The notes: generated by a model not told the origin, from the letters alone. Counted from the first letter of the stretch, positions 1 through 9,821 are shown. The stretch is 17,950 nucleotides of DNA from Fimbriimonadales bacterium (GCA_045862955.1 BTVI01000052.1:1-17950), one strand, 5' to 3'. Translations and numbers: made by a program.

Positions 1-918
1 GCTGAGCTTGTCGAAGCATGACCCCGCCTGCCGCGCGCCCTGCGGTTCAGCAGGGACGTTTCCCTCTGTCGCCCTCATGCTTCGACAGGCTCAGCATGAC
101 GTCGCCACTGCGAGCGGGTGGGTCAGTGGTCCTGACCGCTCAGCAGTCGGTACCTACTCCGCTCACCAGTGCGAGAGGGTGGGTCGTAGGGCAGGAGGTA
201 CCGCACCGACAGCGTCCCAAACCGTCATGCTGAGCTTGTCGAAGCATGACCCCGCCTGCCGCGCGCCCTGCGGCTCAGCAGGTACGTTTCCCTCTGTCGC
301 CCTCATGCTTCGACAGGCTCAGCATGACGAAGCTCAGATGGAATCCTGGGTCCGTGGTCAGGCCCCGGCGCGTTCCTTGGGGTTCGTGACAGGCGTTCGG
401 TAGGCGCAGCCCGGCGGACGCAGGCCGGGGCATCGAGAACCCGCCACACCCCGGCCCGTCATGCTGAGCTTGTCGAAGCATGACCCCGCCTGCCGCGCGC
501 CCTGCGGTTCAGCAGGGACGTTTCCCTCTGTCGCCCTCATGCTTCGACAGGCTCAGCATGACGTCGCCACTGCGAGCGGGTGGGTCAGTGGTCCTGACCG
601 CTGAGCAGTCGGTACCTACTCCGCTCACCAGTGCGAGAGGGTGGGTCGTTGGGCAGGAGGTACCGCACCGGCAGCGTCCCAAACCGTCATGCTGAGCTTG
701 TCGAAGCATGACCCCGCCTGCCGCGCGCCCTGCGGTTCAGCAGGTACGTTTCCCTCTGTCGCCCTCATGCTTCGACAGGCTCAGCATGACGAAGCTCAGA
801 TGGAATCCTGGGTCCGTGGTCAGGCCCCGGCGCGTTCCTTGGGGTTCGTGACGGGCGTTCGGTAGGCGCAGCCCGGCGGACGCGGGCCGGGACATGGAAA
901 GGGACCGGGCCGGGGCAT
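1..918. repeat. Higher-order tandem array (462-bp period) of inverted REP-like doublets, BIME/REPIN-like; truncated by the window edge
   Basis: + copies at 1-22 (partial), 224-250, 458-484, 686-712; - copies at 75-100, 303-328, 537-562, 765-790. A 52-bp inner linker is constant; outer linkers of 123 and 129 bp alternate. Confidence 0.95.
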
Positions 919-955
919 GGAACGACACGAGGGGTACAGGTTTTAGTGGCTAGTT

Positions 956-980
956 GTCATTCCCGCCTTCGTGGGAATCC
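956..980. repeat. Short palindrome ATTCCC-N8-GGGAAT (dRS3/REP-like), possible 3' hairpin of the addA transcript
   Basis: GTCATTCCCGCCTTCGTGGGAATCC, about 95 nt downstream of the addA stop; same GTCAT head as the main repeat. Confidence 0.55.
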
Positions 981-1074
981 GGCCCGGCTACCGCTGTGAG
1001 GCGCTGAGGCGGTCCTCCGGTTGGCCGGCGCGTGGTCGGGGTGTGCGGCCACAGAAAGAGCTAACAGAACGGTG

Positions 1075-4000
1075 TCACGGCGCATCCGCCCGAAGCGGTA
1101 CCTGGACGTACTGCCGCGCCTTGGTCAGGTAGAGACCGCCCTCGGTAACCGGCTCACCCGTGATCGCGCGCCAAGCCACTGCATAAGCCCGTATCTGCGG
1201 CCCGTACTTCTCCACCAGTGCCCCGGGGCCAGCGGAAGGAACTGAGTCGGTCTTGTAGTCGGCCACCACCCAACCGGCGTCTTCCCGGAACACGAGATCG
1301 ATCACGCCCCGAACGATGCGCGGCCTCGGCTCCTCGGTCTCCAGATAGGAGAAAGGAAACTCCAGGTAGCAGGGCGCTGCTTCCCTCGCGCGCCGGATGA
1401 GGTCCGACTGCAGCGCCGCCTTCACGGTCTCCAGTGCCTCATCCAGCCTGTCGAGGGAGAGCTCCTCATCCACGAGTGCCTCGATCGCCACCGCGCGGAG
1501 GTCCAGCGATGGCTCACCCAGCGCGCGTTCCAGCAGCCGGTGGATAGCAGACCCCCATCGCATGCCCGTATCGTCGCCCGACGGCGGAAGCCACACCGAC
1601 CCCACTGCCTGCAACTTGGCCGCCACGCTTTCGTAGCTCGGACTGGCCACTTGCTCGCACCGTTCACGGATCCGCTCGGCTGCCTCGGCAGGCTCGCGGG
1701 CCCCGATCCGCCGCACTTCGTCCTCCGGACCGGCGCTCACCGATGGCCGCCCCGCCATCGCCGGAAGAACCTCGCTCGCCTCGTGAATTGCGCTCCACAG
1801 CGACTCCTTGGCATAGCCATTTCGGGTGCGCTCGGCCGCGATGAACAGCTTCGTTCGGGCGCGCGTCGCAGCCACGTACCGAAGTCGCGTGCGCTCCGCT
1901 TGCAGGAACGCGCCTTCCCGCTCTGCATACTGTCGCCAGCCCGCCGGGTGCGCCAGTGTGTGGTCTTGAAATCCTCGCTTCTCGCTGATCGAGATGTACC
2001 CGCGCGGCTCGATGTCGCTCCGGTCTATGTGTACATCGGCAGGGTGTTCGTTTGCCCCGCGAGTGCCGACCAGGAACACCTGCTTGGCTTCCAGCCCCTT
2101 CGCCTGGTGCAGGTTCATCACACGCGCGGGTTCCTGCGCGGGATGCACCGCAGCAACCGCATCCTGGTCGTCCTCGCCTTCCGCTAGCTTGCGCAGTCGT
2201 TCCGCCGTATCCAGAAACGCCCAATCCTGCGCAGTGCCGCTGCGGACGAGCGCCAGCGCCTTGCCGATACTTCCTGCGCGCCGGCTTCCGTCTTCGTCGC
2301 TCGCCGCGAGCGCCCACGCGCCGCAATCCTCCAGTGCCATCTCCAGCGCAACGGCAGGCGGATAGCGTGTGACCCAATCCGCATACCGCCGCAGCCGTTG
2401 GAAGCAGGCCTCGACGATCTCGGTCTTGCCGCGCTTGCGAAAGACGAACTCGCCGCCTTTAAGCGCGTGCTCGAACAACTCTGGGTCCGACAGCCCGAAG
2501 GCCTCGCCGCGAAGCACTGCCAGGGTTGCGAGGGGGTTGTCCGGCTCGGCAAGTGCCCACGCCAGGTCCGAGAGCAGCCTCACCTGCGGAACGGCGCGGA
2601 GCGCAGCACCCCCTGTCACCTCGTTCGGCACGCCGACGGCACGCAAAGCGCTCGAATAGGTCGAGACTTCCTTCTTGTTGTAGGTGATCAGCAAGAAGTC
2701 GCTCGCTGCTGCTCTGTCGCTGGCGATCTCGTCTGCTACGTACGCAGCGATGCGCTCCGCATGCTCTGTGATGTCCGGCTTGATCCCTTCTTTCACGAAC
2801 GGGACCGAGTACACCGCGGGCCGACCGTCGGGAACTGCCACGCTCTCCATCGGCGTGTATAGCGGCGAGGTGGACCTGTCGTGACCTTCGAACTGTGGGC
2901 GGAACGTGTCGTTCACCCATTTCACGATCTCGGGTGAGGAGCGGAAGTTAGCGCAGAGCGTCACCACTTCGCCTCCACCGGCCACGATCAGCTCCTTCAC
3001 TTGCTCGTAGGTGGTGATGTCGGCTCGGCGGAAACGGTAAATGGATTGCTTCGGATCCCCTACCACGAAGAGCGATCCCGGAACGGGCCGACAGCGACGC
3101 CACTCTCGCTGCTCGGGGTCGTCCGCCGTGAGCAGCATCATCACCTCGGCCTGGATCGGGTCGGTGTCCTGAAACTCGTCCACCAGTAGGTGCGTGACGC
3201 GCTTGCGGAAGTATCGGCGGACATGCGGCTTGTCACGTAACAGCGAGGCGGCGTAGACTAGCAGGTCCTGGAAGTTCAGCACGCATCGCTCGCTTCGAAG
3301 ACGATCGTACTCCTCGACCGCCCCCTGCAGCGCTCGTATGCACACGGGATAGCGGTGCGCCCGCCACCGCTCGAGCGCCGGCAGTGCAACGCACTGCTGG
3401 AACTTCTGGTACCTATCCCACTCCTCCTTTGCCACCTGCTTGCCGTGCGGCCAGGTGTGCTGTCTCGGTTCCCGCTTCGATTCGAATCGTTCCAACACTA
3501 ACATGAGGTCTGCTGGTCGCGTGAGGTCTCGTGAGCGCAACATGCGTGGCACGGTTCGGTATAAGTGTGCCAAGTTATCGCTGGGAGGCCCCTGCGAGAA
3601 ACTCCTGGCCACTTCCTGCATGTGCTGCACGTACTCGGAGAGTGCACGGGCCACCTCCGACAGATCACCTAACTCTACGCTCTCCGCCGGCCAGCTCCGC
3701 ACGTCCGGATAGGTGGCAAAGTGGAGAAACGTGCTCTTCAGCTGCCCCAACGTCAGCCCTAATGCGGCCAGCTGATCGAGTAGTGGGTCTTCCGTGGCGT
3801 GCAGGCGCTCGGCATAGGCGCGCCAAGCTTCTCGCTTCAGCTCCTCGTCCTCCTCCGGCTCGATCTCGCGGAAGGCGGGGTCTACTTGCGCCTCGACCGG
3901 CCGCTCACGAAGCAGGCGAGCGCAGAACGAATGGATGGTGCCGATGAAGCAGGTCTCCAGGTCTGTTAGTGCTGCGCGCAACCGATCCCCTTCGGTGCCG

Positions 4001-4245
4001 CTCGCCTCCCTGGTTGCCATGTACAGCTCCAGCCGAAAGCGGTCGCGCAGCTCTGCGGCAGCCTTGCGCGTAAAGGTTACTGCGCACAGCGTCTCGATCG
4101 CGCACTCACCGGTGCGTAGCAGTGCCACCATGCGTCCTACCATCGAGCGCGTCTTGCCCGTGCCTGCCGAGGCCTCTACTAACAGACACCGATCCAACAC
4201 CTGCTCGATTCGGTCGCGCTCTCGTTGATCAGGAGGTGCTTTCAT
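1075..4245 (-). CDS. addA: ATP-dependent helicase/nuclease subunit A (UvrD-type SF1 helicase plus RecB-family nuclease), 1056 aa
   Basis: Walker A ASAGTGKT, TFTRKAA, DEFQD, VGDPKQSIYRFR, NFRS, LHQAKGLE, YVAATRA; C-terminal GVIDL...DYKT...QIRAY nuclease motifs; overlaps the upstream addB-like gene by 17 bp. Confidence 0.92.
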   Translation of the reverse strand: MKAPPDQRERDRIEQVLDRCLLVEASAGTGKTRSMVGRMVALLRTGECAIETLCAVTFTRKAAAELRDRFRLELYMATREASGTEGDRLRAALTDLETCFIGTIHSFCARLLRERPVEAQVDPAFREIEPEEDEELKREAWRAYAERLHATEDPLLDQLAALGLTLGQLKSTFLHFATYPDVRSWPAESVELGDLSEVARALSEYVQHMQEVARSFSQGPPSDNLAHLYRTVPRMLRSRDLTRPADLMLVLERFESKREPRQHTWPHGKQVAKEEWDRYQKFQQCVALPALERWRAHRYPVCIRALQGAVEEYDRLRSERCVLNFQDLLVYAASLLRDKPHVRRYFRKRVTHLLVDEFQDTDPIQAEVMMLLTADDPEQREWRRCRPVPGSLFVVGDPKQSIYRFRRADITTYEQVKELIVAGGGEVVTLCANFRSSPEIVKWVNDTFRPQFEGHDRSTSPLYTPMESVAVPDGRPAVYSVPFVKEGIKPDITEHAERIAAYVADEIASDRAAASDFLLITYNKKEVSTYSSALRAVGVPNEVTGGAALRAVPQVRLLSDLAWALAEPDNPLATLAVLRGEAFGLSDPELFEHALKGGEFVFRKRGKTEIVEACFQRLRRYADWVTRYPPAVALEMALEDCGAWALAASDEDGSRRAGSIGKALALVRSGTAQDWAFLDTAERLRKLAEGEDDQDAVAAVHPAQEPARVMNLHQAKGLEAKQVFLVGTRGANEHPADVHIDRSDIEPRGYISISEKRGFQDHTLAHPAGWRQYAEREGAFLQAERTRLRYVAATRARTKLFIAAERTRNGYAKESLWSAIHEASEVLPAMAGRPSVSAGPEDEVRRIGAREPAEAAERIRERCEQVASPSYESVAAKLQAVGSVWLPPSGDDTGMRWGSAIHRLLERALGEPSLDLRAVAIEALVDEELSLDRLDEALETVKAALQSDLIRRAREAAPCYLEFPFSYLETEEPRPRIVRGVIDLVFREDAGWVVADYKTDSVPSAGPGALVEKYGPQIRAYAVAWRAITGEPVTEGGLYLTKARQYVQVPLRADAP

Positions 4246-7200
4246 TCACACCTCTCAATCGTCGAAGGGGCGCCAACACGTCGTTCTCCGGATTGGCTAG
4301 TTTCTGCGCAGAGCGCTCAGCCACTGCTTCGTAGTCTCCACACACCCTTTGGTAGTCGCAGTATTTGCAGTCCTCATCGTAGTTGGTGGCCGGGAAGGCG
4401 CCGGATGCTGCCAGCCTGCATAGCTCCGTGAGCTGGTTTCGATAGGGAAGTAGCTCTTCCGCTGGCCACACGTATCGCACGTCCTCACCGCGCCCCGATG
4501 GGAATAAGTAGGCGAACGACAGAGGTCTCTGTCCTAACACACCCTCTGCGAGGTGCAAGTACACGAGCGGTTGCAGAATCCGACCTTGCGAATACCTCTT
4601 CATGTCACGATACTGGCTGTCGCTGCCCGTCTTGTAGTCCACGAGCACGTATCCGTCGCTCGTTCGGTCTATCCGATCGATCCGGCCGACGAGGCGTAGG
4701 GCGCGGCCTTCCATGGGCACCCCCACGGGCTCAGGGCGATCCACGTCCGTCGCCGGGCCGTCCGAGCGAAATCCCACGCACACCTCCACGTACACGGGCT
4801 CCGACTCGCGCTCCATCTCCTCTTGGAGGAACGCCTCGCACAAGGTCTCCATGCGTCGCCGTTGCTCAGCCACCGCGGCCTCGGAGGGCGGTGGCCACTC
4901 GTCGCGCTCATAAGCGATCCGCTCCTCCAGTATCTCGCGAAGGCGGTCACGCGCCTCCTCCGGCGGGCCCGGTTGTTGGCCAATCCGCTCGCGAACGAAA
5001 GTCGCGAATACCTCGTGCATCAGACTGCCGAACTGGAGGGCGTCGAGCCACTCGTCGGGGTCCGGTTCCGCAGCGGGAGGCTTCGCACGAAGCACCCGTC
5101 GGAAGAAATAGCGCAGGGGGCACTCTGCCAGGGTTTCGAGGGCGCCAGAGGAAACCGCAGGCCCCTCAGCGGCCAACGGGTCTAGCTCCCGTGGCGGGTC
5201 GGGGAGGCGCCCGTCGTACGGGGTGAAGTCGAGGCTCTCCCGGGCCCGGCGTGCCTGCATCCCGGCCGCGAGGTTCGGATACGTTTCGCACAGCGCTTCG
5301 GTGGCATCGGTAGGGTCGGCGGCGGTACAGCAGCGCCACAGCCACCACTCGGTGATGTTGCAGCACCGCGCTTCCTCGTCCGGCGCGAAGCCCACACGGG
5401 GCCCTAGCGCGTCCATCACCTCCCGCATCTCCGCTTCGCGAGGGCCGCGGACCAACCGATAGGCTTCCAGGAACACCGAGGATGGGAACTGTTCTCTCCC
5501 GTCCTGCAGTGACATGCTACTGAATGCGAGCGTCACACGCCCACGCAGCCTCGCCACCAGGCGTTGGAACTCTGCCAGCCTCCTCCGCACCCCCTGCGCC
5601 GCCGTACAGAGGTGTTCGGAGAGCGCCTCTTTCTCCGCATCGAGCAGCAGCGGGTTCTGGTGGGGGCGCCCCGGCAATCGGCTCTCATCCAGCCCCAGGA
5701 TGATCGTGTTGGTGCGGCCTGAGTGACCGCCCGAGGACAGCGGCGCACAGTGCACTCGTCCTGGGCGGGGACCTTCTCCCTTGATTCGCGAGCTGCCGGG
5801 CAGTGCGTCCAGCCAAGCCCACGCATCGAACAGTGTCACAGTGGAGCCGAGTGCGCGGAGCGTCTCCTGTAATCCTCGTATGTCTGCCTCCATGCGCTCG
5901 CGGGCGTAGTTATCCAGCTCGCTGCGGCAGGCACACGCCTCGGCCAGGAAACGCCGTGCACACTCCAACACCTGCTCCGTACCAGCTCCCGCCGGAGGCG
6001 TTGTTTGCAGCAAGCGGTGGACAGCTGCTTCCGCCGCAACCCAGTCCGCAGGCCGCCACGAGGGCACGTGCCGCGCTCGCTCCTCGTCCACTTCCTCGTC
6101 GTTTCCCTCGAACGTACGTAGCTGCAGCGACTGCCGAAACTTTTCCATCCGCGGGCGGTACCGTTCGAAGCCCCGTAGGATGGGTGCCTCTGCAAAGGCA
6201 CGTCCTGCGGCGTGTGGGCTCGTCTCCCCGTCCAGTCGGATTAGCCCCTCCCGCAGCATCGCGGTGACGGTGCGTTGCGGATGCCCTTCGCGCACCCATC
6301 TGGCCCATGCACGAAGCGCCCGACCCGGCCTAGCGTACAGACACGGGATGCCTTCATCGAATGTGGCGGGCAGCTCGTTAGCGCCCTCCGGCTGCATTCG
6401 CCAGAACGACTCGATGAGAAGAGGCAAGTATGGGTCCGCCGCCGAGTACAGAATCTCCGTCGCATCCAGCGGACCGTCCGCAAACGCTCGCCGGACCGCT
6501 TCGCGAACTTCCACCTCCTCTCCCATGGCGTGGAAGAAGCGGACGCTGTCGTCCCCTGCGGCTCGCGGCGCACTGGTCGGCTCGGCAAGACACCGCAGCA
6601 ACTCGAGGTCCTGAGACGGAGAGCCCAAGGGGCCGGGGCCATCTACGTCTAGCAGGTGCAGTCGCTGAGCCGGGACCGCCTCGATCAGCTCGCGCTCCAA
6701 GCGCCCGAGTCGCTCGGTTAAGTCGGCAGGCACGAGCACGGTGTATCGGTCCGGGAAGCCGGCGGGCAGCGCGGCGCGGGCCGCTTTCAGCAGGTCGGCG
6801 TGGTCTGCGAAACCTGCGTCGTGTAGCTCCCGCACATATGCATCGAGAAGCACGCGCAACTCGGCGCCCTTCATCGCCACCTCGAACGCGGGCTCCCTAA
6901 GGTCACCCGGCTCCAATCCCGCTACCCTGAGCGCTCGCACCGTGTCGTATGCCCGCTCGAAGAGCCCGAAGCTCGGCTCCAGGGAGGAGAGGTAGCCGCT
7001 CGGCGGAAGGCTTCTCCAAGCGCGCTCGATCAGCAACGGCCCGGCCGCGTGCGGGAGCAGTGTCAGCTTCGAGGCCTGTCCACCCAAGATGTCCCTGGCC
7101 AGGCTGTACACGGTTCGCACGCGGAGGTTGGCCACTGGCACACCCGTGAGCACCGTAGCGTCCACCCACTGCCATCCGATGCGGCTGCGTGGAGCGAGCA

Positions 7201-7276
7201 GCAGCTTCTCCTCCAGCACGTGGCCGGCACAGTAGGAGGCGAGCGATGAGACGAGCGCGTTGGCGGTAGTTAGCAT
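4229..7276 (-). CDS. addB: AddB-like subunit: degenerate helicase scaffold plus C-terminal PD-(D/E)XK nuclease with 4Fe-4S ligands, 1015 aa
   Basis: CPLRYFF, GSLMH, GRIDRID, VDYKTG, LQPLVY and CKYCDYQRVC; directly upstream of and overlapping addA; AGGA 7 nt before the ATG. Confidence 0.82.
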   Translation of the reverse strand: MLTTANALVSSLASYCAGHVLEEKLLLAPRSRIGWQWVDATVLTGVPVANLRVRTVYSLARDILGGQASKLTLLPHAAGPLLIERAWRSLPPSGYLSSLEPSFGLFERAYDTVRALRVAGLEPGDLREPAFEVAMKGAELRVLLDAYVRELHDAGFADHADLLKAARAALPAGFPDRYTVLVPADLTERLGRLERELIEAVPAQRLHLLDVDGPGPLGSPSQDLELLRCLAEPTSAPRAAGDDSVRFFHAMGEEVEVREAVRRAFADGPLDATEILYSAADPYLPLLIESFWRMQPEGANELPATFDEGIPCLYARPGRALRAWARWVREGHPQRTVTAMLREGLIRLDGETSPHAAGRAFAEAPILRGFERYRPRMEKFRQSLQLRTFEGNDEEVDEERARHVPSWRPADWVAAEAAVHRLLQTTPPAGAGTEQVLECARRFLAEACACRSELDNYARERMEADIRGLQETLRALGSTVTLFDAWAWLDALPGSSRIKGEGPRPGRVHCAPLSSGGHSGRTNTIILGLDESRLPGRPHQNPLLLDAEKEALSEHLCTAAQGVRRRLAEFQRLVARLRGRVTLAFSSMSLQDGREQFPSSVFLEAYRLVRGPREAEMREVMDALGPRVGFAPDEEARCCNITEWWLWRCCTAADPTDATEALCETYPNLAAGMQARRARESLDFTPYDGRLPDPPRELDPLAAEGPAVSSGALETLAECPLRYFFRRVLRAKPPAAEPDPDEWLDALQFGSLMHEVFATFVRERIGQQPGPPEEARDRLREILEERIAYERDEWPPPSEAAVAEQRRRMETLCEAFLQEEMERESEPVYVEVCVGFRSDGPATDVDRPEPVGVPMEGRALRLVGRIDRIDRTSDGYVLVDYKTGSDSQYRDMKRYSQGRILQPLVYLHLAEGVLGQRPLSFAYLFPSGRGEDVRYVWPAEELLPYRNQLTELCRLAASGAFPATNYDEDCKYCDYQRVCGDYEAVAERSAQKLANPENDVLAPLRRLRGVNESTS

Positions 7277-7408
7277 GGTGCGGTCCTGTCGATCGTTTCT
7301 CCTCTCCCCTCCCTATCCCTGCCAGGACCGGTCTGCCCACGGAGTGACTTCCCGAAAGGCGTCAACCACCTCGCCACCCCTGCTAGGGCCGGTCACTGCC
7401 AGTCCAAG

Positions 7409-7601
7409 CCCTCATCACGGCGAGAGGGTGGGTCAGTGACAACGCACGCGGCGCGAGCCCGTCATGATGAGCCTGTCGAAGCATGCCTGCACTGGCAGCG
7501 AACCTCACTCACGAGTCCAACACCATGCGGCTCACGATGGCGGGCTTCGACAGGCTCAGCACGACGGAAACCACTGACCCAGCCCCGGCAAGTGATGAGG
7601 G
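7409..7601. repeat. Nested inverted-repeat element (REPIN/MITE-like) containing two degenerate REP copies
   Basis: CCCTCATCAC 7409-7418 / GTGATGAGGG 7592-7601; TGGGTCAGTG 7429-7438 / CACTGACCCA 7572-7581; REP + 7461-7485, REP - 7544-7565. Confidence 0.8.
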
Positions 7602-7621
7602 ATAGGGGATGTGCGAGGTGG

Positions 7622-9802
7622 CTAGAGCTGCTCGTCGTAAAGCTCGGCCCACTCAGACCGCGAGATGAGAATTTCTCTGGGTCGGGGACCGTCCATCGGA
7701 CCCACCACGCCGCGTTGCTCCATCATGTCCACCAGTCTCGCGGCGCGCTGATAGCCGATTTTGAATTTCCGCTGCAGCATCGAGGTAGAGGCCTGCCCGG
7801 CGGAAATCACCAAGCGCACTGCATCCATGTACAGAGGGTCGTCATCGCTGTCCTCGCTCATGCCGTTCGAAGAGGCGCCCTCGGTCTCCACCGGTGTCAA
7901 CAGGTAGTTCGGCTCCTCCTGCTGCTTCCAGTGATCCACGATTGCAGAGATGTCGGCTTCCGAGACGAAGCACCCTTGGATTCGCAATGGCTTGGAGGCG
8001 TCGATCGGAAGGTACAACATGTCACCCCGACCTATCAATCGCTCTGCTCCCGTCGCATCCAGGATCGTACGACTGTCAACTGCCGAAGACACGGCAAATG
8101 CAATGCGGCTAGAGATGTTCGCCTTGATGGTCCCCGTTATGACGTCAACCGAGGGACGCTGGGTGGCCAGCACGAGGTGGATGCCGGTAGCACGCGCGAG
8201 CTGGGCCAGGCGACAGATACAGTGCTCTATCTCGGCACCCTGTTGCATCATCAAGTCGGCCAGCTCGTCTACCACTACCACGATATAGGGCAGCCGCTCG
8301 TTATAGGAGACCTTCTGATTGTAACCGTCTATGTTGCGCACACCCTTCTCGGAGAGCACGTCGTATCGCCGGTCCATTTCGTTCAACAGGGCCTTGAACA
8401 CAGAGGCCGTCTTCTTCACCTCTTTGACTACAGGGCACATCAGGTGCGGAATGCCATCGAAGAGGGACAGCTCCACGCGCTTGGGGTCGATCAGGACTAA
8501 CCGCAAGTCCTTCGGCGTGTTTCGCATCAGCAGCGTCGCGATGAACGATGCCAGCGCAACGCTCTTGCCTGCATTGGTGGCACCACCGATGAGTATGTGC
8601 GGCATCTTCGCGAGGTCGGCGTATCGAGCCTCTCCCGACACGTCCTTGCCCAGAGCGACCAGCAGGCGTGCCGAATGCCCCATCACCTCTTTGCGCGCGA
8701 GCACCTCCTTGAGCGATACACTGCCCGGATTGTCGTTCGGGACTTCCACTCCGATGGCCGATTTCCCCGGGATGGGCGCCTCGACCCGAAGCCCGATGGC
8801 CGCGAGGCTCATCGCGAGGTTGTCCGCGAGGCTGACGATCTTCTGCACCTTGATCCCTGGCCCGAGCCGAATCTCGTAGCGTGTCACCGTCGGGCCCTGA
8901 GCCACCTCCACGACGTCGGCCTCGATCCCGAATTCCTCCAGCGTGGTCTCCAGCACCTCGATCTTCTTGCCGACCTCCCCGATGCCCGCTTTATCTGCGG
9001 GCGGGGCGTCGTGAAGGAGGGACAGCGGTGGCAGCACGTAGCCCTCGCGCTTCTCTCCCTCGAGGTTGGCGGGAGGCGTCCGCGGCTTCGGCGCCTCTGC
9101 AATCGCGGGCTTCGGTCGCTCTCGTGGCGCCGGTATCTCGACCAGCGCGCTCTCGGTAGGCTCGACCCCCTTCTCGCTGGTAGACCGCAGCCGAGCAGCA
9201 ACGCTACGGGTTCCGCTGGGCACAGAACGCAAGCCGTTCGCGGCCCGCCTACGGCGGACGACGGTGGACAAGCGGCTGTAAAGGGCGATTGCGCCACGTT
9301 CCACCAGCGAGAAGAGCGGAAACGACGTCGCAGTGACCAGGCCGAGCAAGCCGATGGCGCCGATGGCCACGGGTGCAGCAGCCCCGATGGCGAAGTGCAG
9401 GGCTGCTCGAAGACCCGCCCCGACGTAGCCGCCCCCGGTCATCAGGGCCTCCGGGTCGAACCAGGAACCGAAAGCGTCTCTGCGTGCAGCGAACCCGAGC
9501 ACGCATAGCACGATCAGCGCGAGGCCACCGGTGAAGCTCGGCAGTCGGATCTTCCGCCCGAAGGCCACGGCGCACGCCAGCACCCATAGGGCAGGGGGAA
9601 CCAGCCACGCACCCACACCGAAAAGCAGCCGGAACAGGTCCGCAGCGGCCTGGCCCACGACGCCTCGATCTGCCAGTAGCAGTCCGCCACCCACGACGAC
9701 GCCCGCGAGAAACAGCACGATCGCTCCTGCGTCGCGATGCGTCTGCCTCCGCTTGTTCGCATCCTTGCGGACCGCGGGTGCTTTTCGAGTGCTTGTGGCC
9801 AA
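7622..9802 (-). CDS. ftsK: DNA translocase FtsK/SpoIIIE, about 726 aa (probable TTG start at 9802; the ORF-track extension to 10054 overlaps purS)
   Basis: N-terminal hydrophobic TM segments, GPTVTRYE, RVEAPIPGK, Walker A GATNAGKS, IDPKRVEL, VDELADLMM, LATQRPSVDVITG, gamma domain ASTSMLQRKFKIGYQRAARL; purine-rich AGGAAGGGAG precedes the TTG. Confidence 0.95.
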   Translation of the reverse strand: MATSTRKAPAVRKDANKRRQTHRDAGAIVLFLAGVVVGGGLLLADRGVVGQAAADLFRLLFGVGAWLVPPALWVLACAVAFGRKIRLPSFTGGLALIVLCVLGFAARRDAFGSWFDPEALMTGGGYVGAGLRAALHFAIGAAAPVAIGAIGLLGLVTATSFPLFSLVERGAIALYSRLSTVVRRRRAANGLRSVPSGTRSVAARLRSTSEKGVEPTESALVEIPAPRERPKPAIAEAPKPRTPPANLEGEKREGYVLPPLSLLHDAPPADKAGIGEVGKKIEVLETTLEEFGIEADVVEVAQGPTVTRYEIRLGPGIKVQKIVSLADNLAMSLAAIGLRVEAPIPGKSAIGVEVPNDNPGSVSLKEVLARKEVMGHSARLLVALGKDVSGEARYADLAKMPHILIGGATNAGKSVALASFIATLLMRNTPKDLRLVLIDPKRVELSLFDGIPHLMCPVVKEVKKTASVFKALLNEMDRRYDVLSEKGVRNIDGYNQKVSYNERLPYIVVVVDELADLMMQQGAEIEHCICRLAQLARATGIHLVLATQRPSVDVITGTIKANISSRIAFAVSSAVDSRTILDATGAERLIGRGDMLYLPIDASKPLRIQGCFVSEADISAIVDHWKQQEEPNYLLTPVETEGASSNGMSEDSDDDPLYMDAVRLVISAGQASTSMLQRKFKIGYQRAARLVDMMEQRGVVGPMDGPRPREILISRSEWAELYDEQL

Positions 9803-9821
9803 AGCTCCCTTCCTGCTGGGA

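Noticed and set aside
8..928. Short ORFs containing MLRQAQHD / VMLSLSKH / FDRLSMT / HAEPVEA (also 10825-12099 and 17003-17929)
   Set aside because: These are translations of the palindromic repeat in different frames; no RBS and no protein motifs.
1075..7276. Novel helicase-nuclease defence system or Cas4-like gene
   Set aside because: Size, order, overlap and motifs match housekeeping AddAB; the four-Cys nuclease is the known AddB Fe-S domain.
7436..9508. Long plus-strand ORFs (354 aa, 303 aa) antisense to ftsK, and similar shadow ORFs over addA, addB and GT4
   Set aside because: Typical antisense open frames of high-GC coding DNA; no motifs.
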